NCBI GenBank assembly: GCA_030390025.1
Contig: CM059432.1
Location: 149,484,001 to 149,548,000, forward strand
DNA length: 64,000 bases
Direction of reading: 5' to 3'
Origin: Squalus acanthias
Taxonomy: Eukaryota
In this document: piece by piece, positions 50,310 to 63,627 of the stretch
Layout of the letters: each line of letters begins with the position of its first letter
How positions within the stretch are numbered: position 1 is the first letter of the stretch
The notes under the pieces: generated by a model
The model's input: the letters and a program-made list of their open reading frames with translations, nothing else
What the model was told of the DNA's origin: nothing
Databases searched by the model: none
Translations under genes and position numbers: made by a program

Positions 50310-50885
50310 ACCTCATCGCAGCCTTGATTTAGACATGGGTGCAGGAGCTGAATTCTCTGTTAGATGGGGAGTAGCTACTCTCGACATCAAGGTACCATTC
50401 AACCAAATATGGCACCAAGGAGCCCTCGCAAAACTGAAGTCAGTGGGGATCATGGAAAAAACTCTCCAATAACTGGAATTAGACTGGGGCAAAGGAAGAT
50501 GGTCGTGGTTGTTAACCATCACAGCTGCAGGACATTGTTGCAGTCGTTCCTTGGCCCATCCACCTTCAGATATTTCCTCAATGACCTTCTTTCTGTCATA
50601 AAGTTGGAGTGTGCCTGTGTGCTGACAGTTCCACAGTGTTCAGCTCCGTTCACAATCCTCCAATAATGAATCAGCCCGTGCTGACCTACAGTAGGACCTA
50701 GACAACATCTAGGCTTGGGCTGACAAGTGGCAGGTAACATTCACACAACATACCTGCCAAGTAATGACCGTCACCAACAAAAAAAGGGCCAACCAACTCC
50801 CTCTGACTTTTCAACAGCAGCATCACCGTGCCATCAACATCTGGGGAGTCACCATTGACCAGAAGCTTAACTGGGTCAACTGACG
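50310..50885 (+). mobile_element. Degenerate copy of the second CR1-like LINE family (RT)
   Basis: ATLDIKVPFNQIWHQGALAKLKSVGI; ggcttgggctgacaagtggcaggtaacattc is shared with the 45075 element. Confidence 0.75.
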
Positions 50886-51009
50886 CCAGTTCCTGTGGTA
50901 TGATGAGTCTCCGACTTGCACATTGTAACTTCTTGGACCCACCGCACGTGTGCATGTTCCAGCACTCTAAGTACTCTGGCCAGGGAGTTTCATCCACACC
51001 GTATCACCA

Positions 51010-54000
51010 GGATGTACTTCTTGAAATGGTTTAGCATTCCTGTCATAGTAATAGAGCTGACGTTGTTTCATGCCAACCAGTGCACGAGTGTCTTCCTCAG
51101 TGGAATATCTAGGCTGTAGGAGTGTTCACGCTACAGGAAGTAGTGTCTTGCACCTATGACCCATAAGTCTCTGTGCAGGGCTTGTTCCTACACCTTCACT
51201 TGGCGTGTTGTGTCAATCTAATAGAGCTAAGAACTCTGATTGACCGAACTCCTTGCACTTCCTGAAGAGTCGTTTGACGGTCTTGACGGCAATCTCAGCT
51301 TTGCCATTGGACTGCGGGTAGTGAGGTGATGACATCACTCTCACCAAATCCCGTTCACCCATCTCCCCTGAGCTCGCTGACCTACATTGGCTCCCAGTTA
51401 AGCAGCGCCTCGATTTCAAAATTCTCATCCTTGTTTTCAGATCCCTCCATGGCCTCGCCCCTCCCTATCTCTGTAATCTCCTTCAGCCCTACAACCCCCC
51501 GAGATATCTGCGCTCCTCTAATTCTGCCCTCTTGAGGATCCCTGATTATAATCGCTCAACCATTGGTGGCCGTGTCTTCTGTTGCCTGGGCCCTAAGCTC
51601 TGGAATTCCCTGCCTAAACCTCTCCGCCTCGCTACCTCTCTTTCCTCCTTTAAGATGCTCCTCAAAAAACCTACCTCTTTGACCAAGCTTTTGGTCACCT
51701 GCCCTAATTTATCTTATGTGGATCGGTGTCAAATTTTTTGTCTTAAAATACTCCTGTGCAGCGCCTTGGGACATTTTACTACGTTAAAGGCGCTATATAA
51801 ATACAAGTTGTTGTTGTTGTTGTGTCTCAACCCCCATCTCTTGGTAAAAACTGCAAATGTTGCGGATGCAAACTGTGGACTGTTATCCGTTACAAGGATG
51901 TCTGGTATTCCAAATCTTGCAAACATCTCTTAAAGTTCTCTCAGAACACTGCGAGTAGTAACAGAAGTGAGGCTGGCTACTTCGATAAAATCACTGAAAT
52001 AGTCACACACAACGAGCAGGGTACGGCCATGTAACTCACAAAGGTCAGCCCCAACCTGCGAGAAAGGCCTAGCCATAATCTCGTTCTGCAATAATGGTTC
52101 TTCACTTACAGAACTCCTACGAGGCAAACAGATTTCACAATTTGCAATATATTGTTTAAACTCTCTTGACATCCTGGGCCAATAGAGGCTGTCCCGGACT
52201 CTATGGATACAACCTTCTGTGCCGATGTGTGTTGAATGAGCTACTGACACCAACTCTTTCCGCAATACTGCTGGTACCACGAGTTGCTGTACAATTGAAT
52301 GTCAAATCTCCTCGGACAGTTAGTTCATCTCGAAAATCAAGGTAAGGTTGGAGGCATTCAGGTACCTCTGACTTGATCCCAGGCCAGCCTGAATAATAAC
52401 CCGCAGTTCATCCACTGCAGAATGATTCAGTTGTTGCCAATGTGAGTCACCAACTGGAAGCGATTCGCAATGATCAATTTCTTCCGGCTCACGTGTAAAA
52501 TCACAGGCGTTAACATCTGGCAGGTACGCTCTGCCCGATGTCTCTGCTAGGACTATCTTTTCCCCTTTCTTATAGGTACTTTCAGACAATATTTTTGGAG
52601 TCTCCACGGCATTCTTTGAAATCTCTTAGGCGCACTGTTTAGTGGCTTGAGAACTATTGATTCTGATGGACGGTGATCCGTTTCAATATTCACCACGTCA
52701 AAGATGTAGGCTTCAAATTCATCACAGGCATACACGATCGCGAGAAGTTCTTTCTCGATCTGTGTGTATCTCGTCTCTGCTGCTGTCAATGGCCTTTATG
52801 CATACGCGACCGGTTGTCCATTCTGCATCATTGCTGCTCCAAGTCCAAGTTGAGATGCATCACATTGTAAAGTGACTTCTTCCTTGAAGTTATAATACCC
52901 AAGGACTGGTGTGCTGCTGACCACTACTTTACGTCGTTGCAGTGCTAATTCTTGTGATTCTCCCCAAAATCATTCGGCGTCTTTCTGTGTTGAGTCTCTG
53001 AGCGGTTTCATCATGTCTGACAGATGTGGGAGAAACTTATTCAGATTTTGAGCAAGTCCAAGCAGTCGTTGGCTCCCCCCTACATCAGTTGGTGTCGGCA
53101 TCTCCATATCCGCTTTAACTTTGGCTGGATCCACACATGGTCCTCTTCCCCCAGCCACGTCTCCAATAAAAGGAACTTCTTGCACGAGAAGTTTCATTTT
53201 AGTTTTGTTTAACACCGCTCCACGATCACTGCATCGATGTAAGAAAGCTTCTTGTGGTTTATCATGGTCTCGAGTCGCTACTTCAAGCGTTTCTCCAAAG
53301 CCAACCATCACAAAATCATCTGCAATGACCTCTATCCCTTGCAGTCCTTCCACCAACTCATGCATTCTTCGTTGGAAAACAATAACACTGAGCTGATCCC
53401 AGATGGCGCACACTTCCAGTGGTATTGTCCAGAAGGTGTGTGGAATGTTGTAAGATATGACGACTGTTCATCGAGGTCTCACGCTCCAAAACCCATTTCG
53501 GATGTTGAGAATCATGAAGACTTTCGCACCGTGTAGACGAGCAGCCACATCTTCAATAGTCAGTCGAAGATACTGTTCTCGCCTGATAGCCTTGTTTAGG
53601 TCTTTAGAATCCAAGCAGATGCCTAGTGTTCCATTCTTAGGTACGACTACCATGGAACTGATCCATGAGGTCAGCGTTGTTACAGGAGCGATGATGTCCT
53701 GTCTGACCAGACCATCCAGGGTTTCCTTCAGCTTATCCCTTAAAGCCACTGGTACTCGACGCGGGACATGTTGGACTGGATCTACTGCCTTGTCAAGCCT
53801 GATTTGGTGCTCTCCCTCAACTTGTCCTACCCGATCACTGAATACCCGAGGATGTTTCAGTATTAAACACTCCTTGGCTAGTGGCTTGTCGTCATTGATC
53901 GTGTATGCTGTTACTCCAGTAGATGGTGTTCTATTCGTTGTACCTAATGATGTCCATGCCCAGGCAGGCCTTCCTACCCAGCAGAGGTCACAGAGTCGTG

Positions 54001-55203
54001 CTTTCGACTGGCTTACAGTCCAGCTTACACTTACAGTCACCACATTGGACCAGAATTCGTACTTGTCCTCTTGGGGAGACTTGTGCTGCCATAAGCTACA
54101 ATCGCTGACTTCAACGGTTCCACCTTTGCTAGCTTAAAATCTCTTGCTGCTTTTTTGTAAAGGTGCAGCGGAATGACGTTACATTGTGGCCCCGTGTCTA
54201 TTTGAAATCTTAGGTAGTTGCCTGACTCCAGCCTAAGTGTAACACTCGGAGTCACCCAAACCCACCGCACTGACCTCATTGATGGCAAAGACTTCTTTCG
54301 TCCTTGGTTCTTCATCTACTGCTCTAACTGTCTGTCTGCGTGCAGGAGATTCTTTTCCACGGCATTTTGCTGCTAAATGGTTTCTCTTTCCGCACTTGTT
54401 GCTCACCTTCCCAAAGTCTGGACAAAGCTCTCTCTTGTGGAACTTGTGTTTCTTCCCGCAGTTCCAACACTCGTGAATCTTTGGGGATTCTTTAGCGTTG
54501 TCCCGAAGCTTGTCTCTGTCGCGCCTTGGGGTTCCCTTGGCTTTATTTACCGCACTCACATTCTGTCCCCACAACTCCCCGATGACTGAGTTACACCACC
54601 GTGCTTTCAGCCGCGTGACAAATCTCATCCGTCTTCAACAAGGTTAGATTTGCCTCTCGAAGCAGACTCTCTCGCACCCTTGAATCTGCAATTCCAAACA
54701 CGAGTCGGTCTCTGAGTATCTCACCCTTCGGTGAGTTTTCGCAATGCTGTACGATAGTGGTCATGAGTTTCACTAGCATCTGCATTCTCCTGTTCAATTT
54801 ATATTTCTCAAAAGGAATATTCTTGCGCGTTGGCGGTAATGAAAAGATTTCTCCTCACCGGCTCTATCGTGTCTCTGTCTCCATCCTCGGCCCAGTCTGC
54901 CCACATGGAGTAGACTACATGAGCTTCTTCCCCTGTTACTGTGAGAAGTGCCGACACCTGCACCAATTCTGGTTTCCGCCCGAGCTCCGTCGCCAGGGCA
55001 CAGCGCTTCCAGGCTCGCTTGAATCTTTTCCACTTTTCCACAACATTTTCGTCGTGGATTTCGAGAGCCCGAGGTGGTGGTACAGCACCTCCCGACGCCA
55101 TCGTGCAGACACATCAGTTTTCGCGTAACTTTAAAATCCGTGCCGGCTACCGGGATCTCCACCAAAATAGTGAAAGTTGCTTTAAGCAAACCCGCTGCCA
55201 TCA
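51010..55203 (-). mobile_element. Degenerate Gypsy (Ty3) LTR retrotransposon internal region, gag-PR-RT-RH-IN
   Basis: gag from 55101 (PPPRALE..NVVEKWKRFKRAW), Zn knuckle CWNCGKKH, PR FQIDTGPQCNVI, RT ICLDSKDLN and VIADDF, RH YTQIEKELLAIV, IN HSTHIG..YWP..CEIC, TDNSPQF, SNGKAE. PBS-like tgatggcagcgg at 55203-55192. Confidence 0.93.
51338..51822 (+). mobile_element. L2 LINE 3' end inserted in the Gypsy integrase
   Basis: LADLHWLPVKQRLDFKIL, GGRVFCCLGPKLWNSLP and a (ttg)n tail; splits the integrase motif WGLRH / VMSSPHYPQSNG. Confidence 0.9.
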
Positions 55204-55324
55204 TGTGTCGATATCTCTTTAAGAAAAGTAGTCGTCGCTGTGATTTGTTATAAAGATTATCAGTATTTTATTTAGGTTTATGGAATAACCAGTAATTTCA
55301 GGAGCCGCACCTGCTGCTTCTTTA

Positions 55325-57230
55325 TAAGAACATAAGAAACAGGAACAGGAGTCGGCCAATCGGCCCCTCGAGCCTGCTCCGCCATTCAATAAGATCATGG
55401 CTGATCCAATCTTGGCCTCAACACCACTTTCCCACTCTCTCCCCATACCCCTCGACTCCCCTGTAGTTCAAATGTCTGTCAATCTCCGCCTTGAATATAT
55501 TCACTGACTCCGCCTCCACAGCTCTCTGGGGTAGAGAATTCCAAAGAATCACGACCCTCTGAGAGAGGAAATTCCTCCTCATCTCCATCTTAAATGGGCG
55601 ACCCCTTATTCTGAAACTATGCCCCCTAGTTCTAGATACCCCCACGAGGGGAAACATCCTCTCTGCATCTACCCTGTCAATCCCCCTCAGAATCTTATAT
55701 GTTTCAATAAGATCACCTCTCATTCTTCTAAATTCCAATGAGTATAGGCCCAGCCTGCTCAACCTTTCCTCATAAGACAACCCCCTCATCTCTGGAATTA
55801 ACCTAGTGAATCGTCTCTGAACTGCCTCCAATGCAAGTATATCCTTCCTTAAATAAGGAGACCAAAACTGTACGCAGTACTCCAGTCTCACCAACTCCCT
55901 GTACAGTTGTAGCAGGACTTCTCTGCTTTTATACTCCAACCCCCTTGAAATAAAGGCCAACATTCCATTTGCCTTTTCGATTACTTGCTGTACCTGCATG
56001 CTAACTTTTTGTGCTTCATGTACAAGGACCCCCAGGCCCCTCTGAACTGTAGCATTTTGTAATCTCTCTCCATTTAAATAATAATTTGCTTTTTTATTTT
56101 TCGGCCAAAGTGGATAACCTCGCACTTTCCCACATTATACTCCATCTGCCAAATGTTTGCCCACTCACTTAGCCTATCTATATCCCTTTGCAGGTTCTTT
56201 GAGTCCTCTGCACAACTTGCTTTCCCACCCATCTTTGTATCATCCACAAACTTGGCTACATTACACTCGGTCCCTTCATCCAAGTCATTAATGTAGATTG
56301 TAAATAGTTGGGGCCCCAGCACCGATCCCTGTGGCACCCCACTAGTTACCGTTTGCCAACCGGAAAATGACCCATTTATCCCGACTCTCTGCTTTCTGTT
56401 AGTTAGCCAATTCTCTATCCATGCTAATATATTACCCCCAATTCCGCGAGCTCTTATCTTATGCAGTAACCTTTTATGTGGCACCTTATCGAATGCCTTC
56501 TGGAAATCCAAATACACCACATCTACTGGCTCACCTTTGTCCACCCTGCTCGTTACATCCTCAAAGAACTCCAGCAAATTTGTTAAACATGATTTCCCTT
56601 TCATAAAACCATGCTGACTCTGCTTGACTGCATTATGATTTTCCAAATGCCCTGCTACTGCTTCCTTAATGAAGGACTCCAGCATTTTCCCAATGACAGA
56701 TGTTAGGCTAACTGGTCTATAGTTTCCTGCTTTCTGTCTCCCTCCTTTCTTAAATAGGGGTGTTACATTTGCAGTTTTCCAATCCGCTGGGACCTCTCCA
56801 GAGTCCAGGGAATTTTGGTATATTGCAACCAATGCATCCACTATCTCTGCAGCCACTTCTTTTAAGACCCTGGGAAGCAAGCCATCTGGTCCAGGGGACT
56901 TGTCATCTTTAGTCCCATTATTTTACCAAGTACTATTTCCTTAGTGATAGTGATTGTCTTTAGTTCCCCCCTCCCTGTGGTCCCTTGATTATCCATTATT
57001 GGGATATTGTTAGTGTCTTCTACCGTGAAGACAGATACAAAATATTTGTTCAGAGTCTCTGCCATTTCCCCGTTCCCCATTATTAATTCCCCAGTCTCAT
57101 CCTCTAAGGGACCAACGTTTACTTTAGCTACCCTCTTCCTTTTTATATACCTGTAGAAGCTCTTACTATCTGTTTTAATGTTTCTTGCCAGTTTACTCTC
57201 ATAATTCATCTCTCTCTATTATTTTTTTAG
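55325..57230 (-). mobile_element. CR1 LINE, ~1.9 kb 3' fragment with near-intact RT
   Basis: ORFs 56862..57209, 56074..56880 and 55418..56125: NYRPVSLTS, QHGFMKGKSC, GVPQGSVLGP, FVDDTK. Confidence 0.95.
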
Positions 57231-57880
57231 TCAGGATCCTGGGCTTCATAAATAGAAGCATAGAGTACAAAAGCAAGGAAGTTATGATGAACCTTTATAA
57301 AGCACTGGTCCGACCTCCACTGGAGTATTGTGTCCAATTCTGGGCACTGCACGTTAGGAAGGATGTGAAGGACTTAGAGAGGGTGTAGAAAAGATTTACA
57401 GGAATGGTTCCAGGGATGAGGGACTTCAGTTACGTGGATAGACTAGAGAAGCTGGGGTTTTTCTCCTTGGAGCAGAGAAGGTTGAGAGGAGATTTGATAG
57501 AGGTGTTCAAAATCATGAAGGGTCTAGACAGAGTAGATAGAGAGAAACTGCTCCCATTGGCGGAAGGGTCGAGAACCAGAGGACACAGATTTAAGGTGAT
57601 TGGCAGAAGAACCAAAGGCGACATGAGGAAAAACTTTTTTACGCAGCGAGTGGTTATGATCTGGAATGCACTGCCTGAAAGGGTGGTGGAGGCAGACTCA
57701 ATCATTGCTTTCAAAAGGGAGTTGGATAAGTACCTGAAGGAAAAAAAATTGCAGGGCTACAGGGAAAGGGCGGGGGAAGTGGGACTAGCTGAAGTGCTCT
57801 TGCAGAGAGCCAGCACGGGCTCGAAGGGCCCAATGGCCTCCTTCTGTGCTGTAACCATTCTATGATTCTATGATTCTATA
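57231..57880 (+). mobile_element. CR1 LINE 3' end, (attctatg)n subfamily
   Basis: LYKALVRPPLEYCVQFW...RTRGHRFK...IWNALP and tail attctatgattctatg. Confidence 0.92.
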
Positions 57881-58650
57881 CTGAGTAGTTCTATTAATAC
57901 AACCCAATACCCTGCTAGCTTCAGCTGCAGTTTCTCTACATCAGTCATGAACCTTCAGTGATCTGTGCATAATAACACCAAGGTCTTTTTCTCTTTCAAA
58001 CTCTTTCTTTATTGTTCCCTGCAAATGAAACGTGTATTCTGTGTTGTCCCTACCAACATATTTATCTAAATTAAACGCTATTTGCCATTGTGTGGCCTAC
58101 ACCCCTAGCACATCGAAATCTTTTTGGATTTGATTGCACTCCTCTGCTGTCTTAACCCTTACACAGATTTTGGTATCACCTGCAAACTTACTGACCATAC
58201 TCCCAATGCCAGTAATAAAGTCCGTGAAGAATAGTGGGTGTAGAACCGATCCCTGTGGGACACCACTAGTAACATGTCTCCAGGCTGAACTACATGTGTT
58301 AACTACAAGTTTTTGCTGAGGGATTGGAGCCAATTCCTAATCCAACATTTCAAATTTCTACTGATATCACAAGATTCCATCTTGTGAAGGAACCCAGTGT
58401 GAGGAACCTTATCAAAGGCTTTCTGAAAGTCCAGGGAGACAATGTCTACCGGAATCCCTCATCCACCACCCTGGTGACTTCCTCAAAAACCCTATCAAAT
58501 TTATTGGGCATGATCTATTACTCCAGAAGCCATGTTGTGAATTTCTAATAGCCTCCTTCCCTTTCCCAGTGATCATAAAGGGCATCTCTTAGAATCCCTT
58601 GTAGCACCTTCCCAATAATGGATGTCAGGCTGATAGGCCTGCAGATCCCT
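57881..58650 (-). mobile_element. Older CR1 RT fragment
   Basis: VTSGVPQGSVLHPLFF and SKFAGDTKI. Confidence 0.8.
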
Positions 58651-58651
58651 G

Positions 58652-58757
58652 GAATAAAACAGAAAATGCTGGAAATACTCAGCAGGTCAGGCAGCATCTG
58701 TGGAGAGAGAAACAGAGTTAATGTTTCAGGTCGATGACCTTTCGTCAGTTCTGATGA
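58652..58757 (-). mobile_element. Penelope pLTR remnant with a degenerate hammerhead core
   Basis: - strand CTGACGA-aaggtcatcgacct-GAAA-cattaactctgtttctctctccacagatgctgcctgacctgctgag. Confidence 0.75.
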
Positions 58758-58804
58758 TTGAGAGTAGACTGATGAGGCAGTAATTGGCTGGATTGGATTT
58801 GTTA

Positions 58805-59210
58805 CATAAACTTGGCTTGTATTCCCTTGATATAGGAAACTGAGAGGTGATCTGGTCGAGGTGTTTAAAATGTTAAAAAGAATTGATAGTGTAGATATAG
58901 AGAAACTATTTCCTCTGGCGAGAGAATCAAGGTGGAGGGGACATCATCTTCAAATTAGAGCTAGGACATTTAGGAGTGAAATCAGGAAGCACTTTTTCAC
59001 ACAACGTGTAGTAGAAATCTGGAAGTCTCTCCCCCAAAAGCCAGCAGATGCTGGGACAATTGCAGCTTTCAGGACTGAGATAGATAGATTTTTGTTGGGT
59101 ACGGGCATCAAGGCATATGGAGCAGAGGCAGTGTGATAGTGTTGAGGTGATTTGAACCAAGATCTAATTGAATGGCGGAGCAGGCCCTACTCCTGTTCCT
59201 AATGTTCCTA
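58805..59210 (+). mobile_element. CR1 LINE 3' end, older
   Basis: ORF 58861..59136 RGHHLQIRARTFRSEIRKHFFTQRVVEIWKSLP. Confidence 0.85.
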
Positions 59211-59542
59211 TGAAGCCACACCCTTGGCACAGGGCCTCGCCTGTGGGTGGATGGGGCGTGTAGTGGGAAATCATGGTTCCTTCTCCCCCCCCTCACCCTA
59301 TCACTGATTTTCCATCCACTATAGACAGAAAATCGCGGGGAGTGTGTCTGCTCTGTGCCAGGAGCAGACCAGATAATTAACTTTCATATACGTCAATTTT
59401 CAGATCGCATTTGATAAGATTATCTGAGGCTTTAAAAATAGGTAAAGGCAGAGTCATTAGAGGATGGTAATTGGGGAGATTTTAAATTGGTTTGGCAGTA
59501 CAAAGCATCGAGGATAATGCATCAAAAAGGCTTTGTTTACAG

Positions 59543-60190
59543 AGAAACTTAACTGGACCAGCCACATAAATACTGTGGCTACAAGAGCAGGTCAGAGGCT
59601 AGGTATTCTGCGGTGAGTGTCTCACCTCCTGACTCCCCAAAGCCTTTCCACCATCTACAAGGTACAAGTCAGGAGTGTGATGGAATACTCTCCACTTGCC
59701 TGGATGAGTGCAGCTCCAACAACACTCAAGAAGCTCGACACCATCCAGGACAAAGCAGCCCGCTTGATTGGCACCCCATCCACCACCTTAAACATTCACT
59801 CCCTCCACCACCGGCGCACCGTGGCTGCAGTGTGTATCATCTACAAGATGCACTGCAGCAACTCACTAAGGCTTCTTTGACAGCACCTCCCAAACCCGCG
59901 ACCTCTACCACCTAGAAAGACAAGGGCAGCAGACGCATGAGAACACCACCACCTCCAAGTTCCCCTCCAAGTCACACACCATCCTGACTTGGAAATATAT
60001 CATCGATCCTTCATCGTCGCTGGGTCAAAATCCTGGAACTCCCTGCCTAACAGCACTGTGGGAGTACCTTCACCACACGGACTGCAGCGGTTCAAGAAGG
60101 CGGCTCACCACCACCTTCTCAAGGGCAACTAGGGATGGGCAACAAATGTTGGCCTTGTAGCGACGCCCAGATCCCATAAAAACAAATAAA
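59543..60190 (+). mobile_element. Second CR1-like LINE family, 3' end
   Basis: SHLLTPQSLSTIYKVQVRSVMEYSPLAW; closely matches the reverse complement of 45075-45720. Confidence 0.88.
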
Positions 60191-61198
60191 ACATATTACA
60201 GCCAAAGGAGTTCCAGAGCAGGTAATTGAAGAAAGGATGAACTTACATTTATACAGAATCTTTCATGACCTCAGGGCAACCCAAAGCGCTTCAAAGCCAA
60301 TGGAATATGTTTGAGGCATCGTCACTTTTGTAATGCAGGAAAATGTGGCAGCTAATTGGCATAGATCAAGGTCCCACAAAGGTCCGATAGATGGTTGAAG
60401 GAAAGGGAAATAAAGAGATGTGGGACCAGGGCAGGCACATGTGATTAGGACACGGGATCATTTATTCCCAATGGTTTAAAAGTTACAAGTGCTTATATAT
60501 GAAAAAGAGAAGGAAAGAACTTGCCTCTATGTAGCGCCGTGCACCATGTCGAGACAGCCCAAAGTGCTTCATAGCCGTTGAATTACAATTGTTATGTCGG
60601 CAAGTGCAGCGGCCAATTTGTGCACAGCAAGAGCCACAAACTGCAAATAAGATAAATGACCAGCTAACCTGTTTCGGTGGAGAATGCCCCTGCTCTTTGA
60701 ATGGCGCCATGGAATCTTTCACATCTGCGTAAACAGGCAGTCAAGGCCTCAGTTTATCATCTCATCTGAAAGATGACAAGGCAGCCTCAGTACTACTTGA
60801 TCTTATTGAAACATATAAGATACTGAGGGGGCTCGACAAGGTAGATGCAGAGAGGATGTTTCCCCTCGTGGGGAAATCTAGAACTCGGGGGCATAGTTTC
60901 AGAATAAAGGGTCGCCCTTTTAGAACAGAGATGAGGAGGAATTTCTTCTCTCAGAGGGTCATAAATCTGTGGAATTCTCTGCCCCAGAGAGCTGTGGAGG
61001 CTGGGTCATTAAATATTTAAGGTGGAGATAGACAGATTTTTGCAAGATAAGGGAGTGAAGGGTTATGGGGAGCGGGCTGGGAAGTGGCTTTGAGCCCAAG
61101 ATCAGCCATGATCTTATTGAATGGCGGAGCAGGCTCGAGGGGCCAAGTGGCCTATTCCTGCTCCTATTTCTTATGTACACTGAAGTGTCAGCCTAGAT

Positions 61199-61800
61199 AA
61201 CAACAGAAAATGCTGGAAAAACTCAGCAGGCCAGGCAGCATCCGTGGAGAGAGAAACAGAGTTAACGTTTCAGGTCGAAGATCTTTCGTCAGAACTGGAA
61301 AAAAGCAGGAAATGAAATAGATTTAAAGCAAGGATAAAGCTGGGAAAAGGGAGAGGGGATGAAAGAACAAAAGGAGAGATTAAGAGACATTAAGAGATGA
61401 TCAAGGCAAGAGGAGGTGTTAATGTGACAGGTTAAAGCTAAAAGAAGTGTGAAATGCACTGGCAGAATGAAGGACAGCTGCCAGCTTCTGGGAGGGAAAA
61501 AAAAGGGGGGGGGCCAAACAAAAGGGTGGATGAAAAAATAAAATATAAATGTGATTGGGGCTGAGGTTATGATCTAAAATTGTTGAACTCTATGTTGAGT
61601 CCAGAGGGCTGTAGCGTGCCTAAACGAAAGATGAGGTGCTGTTCCTCGAGCTTACGCTGCGCTTCCGTGGAACAATGTAATAGGCCGAGGACGGTGAGGT
61701 CAGAGTGGGAGTGGAGCGGAGAATTAAAGTGACAGGCGACCGGGAGCTCGGGGTCCCCCTTACGGACTGAACGGAGGTGTTCCGCAAAGCGGTCACCCAA
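61199..61800 (-). mobile_element. Penelope-like element 3' fragment with a 15 bp TSD
   Basis: ORF 61567..61800 is nearly identical to the 20717 ORF; agtgtcagcctagat at 61184-61198 and 61801-61815. Confidence 0.92.
61260..61296 (-). ncRNA. Minimal type I hammerhead ribozyme in the Penelope pLTR
   Basis: - strand agtt-CTGACGA-aagatcttcgacct-GAA-ACGT-T-aact; stem II has a mismatch. Confidence 0.65.
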
Positions 61801-62581
61801 AGTGTCAGCCTAGATCATGTGCTCAAGTCCTGGAGTGGGGTTTATACACTTCGCTTTCTAACTCAAAGGAAAGCATACTGTAATTGAGCCAAGCTGACAC
61901 TTATAGATAAATATTTAACTGGAGAAGTGTTAAAGTATAATATTAACTATAAAGAAATCTTATGGTTTGTGTTTGAATGATTTGCTTCAACATGTTTTAT
62001 CTGTGTGCAATATAGAGAAATGCTTGCGTTTCAGGCCAGGTGCATGAGACTTTATGGGGGTAACTCTTTTCTGTTGCTGGCATGAGGAGAAGTTAGAGCT
62101 ATAACATTAAAGCCTTGAATCCCGAACCCACATTCGCCCCGGTGAAGCTTGGTATTGTAGCAGCACCTCACAAAACTACTCCTGACAGGTCATGAGAGAA
62201 AATAGTCGACCCTGCCAGAGTATATAATGCAAGCTGCCACTGGGTGGCACTCCTCAGCTGAAGATAGCTTCATAGTGTGGGATCGAAAGTGCCAGGTGCC
62301 TGTAGGAATGTATCACCAAAGGAAGTTAATATCTGCCAATTTATTCCTCGTTAATATTTATAATGACATTTAAATGAGTTTATTTTTGAATGAAAGTCTC
62401 AAAAAGCATTAAAATATAGGAGTGATGTCATCGGCTTCGACATGACGTAGGGTAATTGGAGAGCTCTATCAAAGAGCCAGCACTGGCACGATGGGCCGAA
62501 TGGCCTCCTTCTGTGCTGTATCATTCTAGGATTCTATGAACTTCATCCATAATGACAGTGCATTTTGACTGGCACTGTTTC

Positions 62582-63045
62582 CATAAGAACATAAGAAATA
62601 GGAGCAGGAGTCGGCCATTTGGCCCCTCGAGCCTGCTCTGCCATTTAATGAGATCATGGCTGATCTGATCTTGGGCTCAGCTCCACTTCCCTGCCCGCTC
62701 CCCATAACCCTCGACTCCCTTATTGTTCAAAAATCTGTCTATCTCCACCTTAAATATATTCAATGACCCAGCCTCCACAGCTCTCTGGGGCAGAGAATTC
62801 CACAGATTTACAACCCTCTGAGAGAAGAAATTCCTCCTCATCTCAGTTTTAAATGGGCGACCCCTTATTCTGAAACTATTCCCCCTAGTTCTAGATTCCC
62901 CCATGAGGGGAAAAATCTTCTCTGCATCTACCTCGTCGAGCCCCCTCAGTATCTTATATGTTTCAATAAGATCACCTCTCATTCTTCTAAACTCCAATGA
63001 GTATAGGCCCCAGCCTGCTCAACCTTTCTTCATAAGTCAACCCAC
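62582..63045 (-). mobile_element. CR1 LINE 3' end
   Basis: ORF 62677..62997 EFRRMRGDLIETYKIL...LWNSLPQRAVEA. Confidence 0.92.
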
Positions 63046-63627
63046 TTCATCTCATTCCATTCGCATTTTCTCCAAAAGAGCCAGACCTTAATATGAACGG
63101 TAGCCTGTGGCACTTGCCATATAAACACACCTCAAACATGTAGCGTTTACTATTTCTGTACTGGAGCTGTGACAGATAGCACTGTTTTACTCCAAAACAG
63201 GCCATTAGTTTTCTATCCAGTCTGTGTGAGGTATCGGGTTTCTGGCAGTCGAGGATTTGTGACTGTGTTGCTCCACAGACCTTGGTGCAAACTGTGAGAT
63301 ATTTCCTGAAGATTTGATCGAAGTGCAATTGTGCCTCTGAGAGACACAAATAAGGCATCAGCTAACGAGAAGCAGCTGAACAAATGTTAGTTAACCAGTA
63401 ATTTCTCCTTGCCCTGCTGGCAGCAGCTGCAGCACCAAATGTTAAAACATCCCTGGATATGAGTGCATTGCTCGCATCTGCACTCTGTCGAAGAGATTTA
63501 CATAATTTACAGGGCTGAAAACATTGTCATCTCCCTCTTTGGTATCTGTTACTACTGCTTACAAAGTATAAATAATACTTAGAAAGTCTAATTTTAATCA
63601 TGTGTAAACCAACACCATATCTAGCAG

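Larger units (their letters stand above)
60500..61900 (-). mobile_element. Deu SINE split by a CR1 3' end (~60797-61175, +) and a Penelope fragment
   Basis: SINE tail and core at ~60500-60795, SINE head at 61801-61900. Confidence 0.7.
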
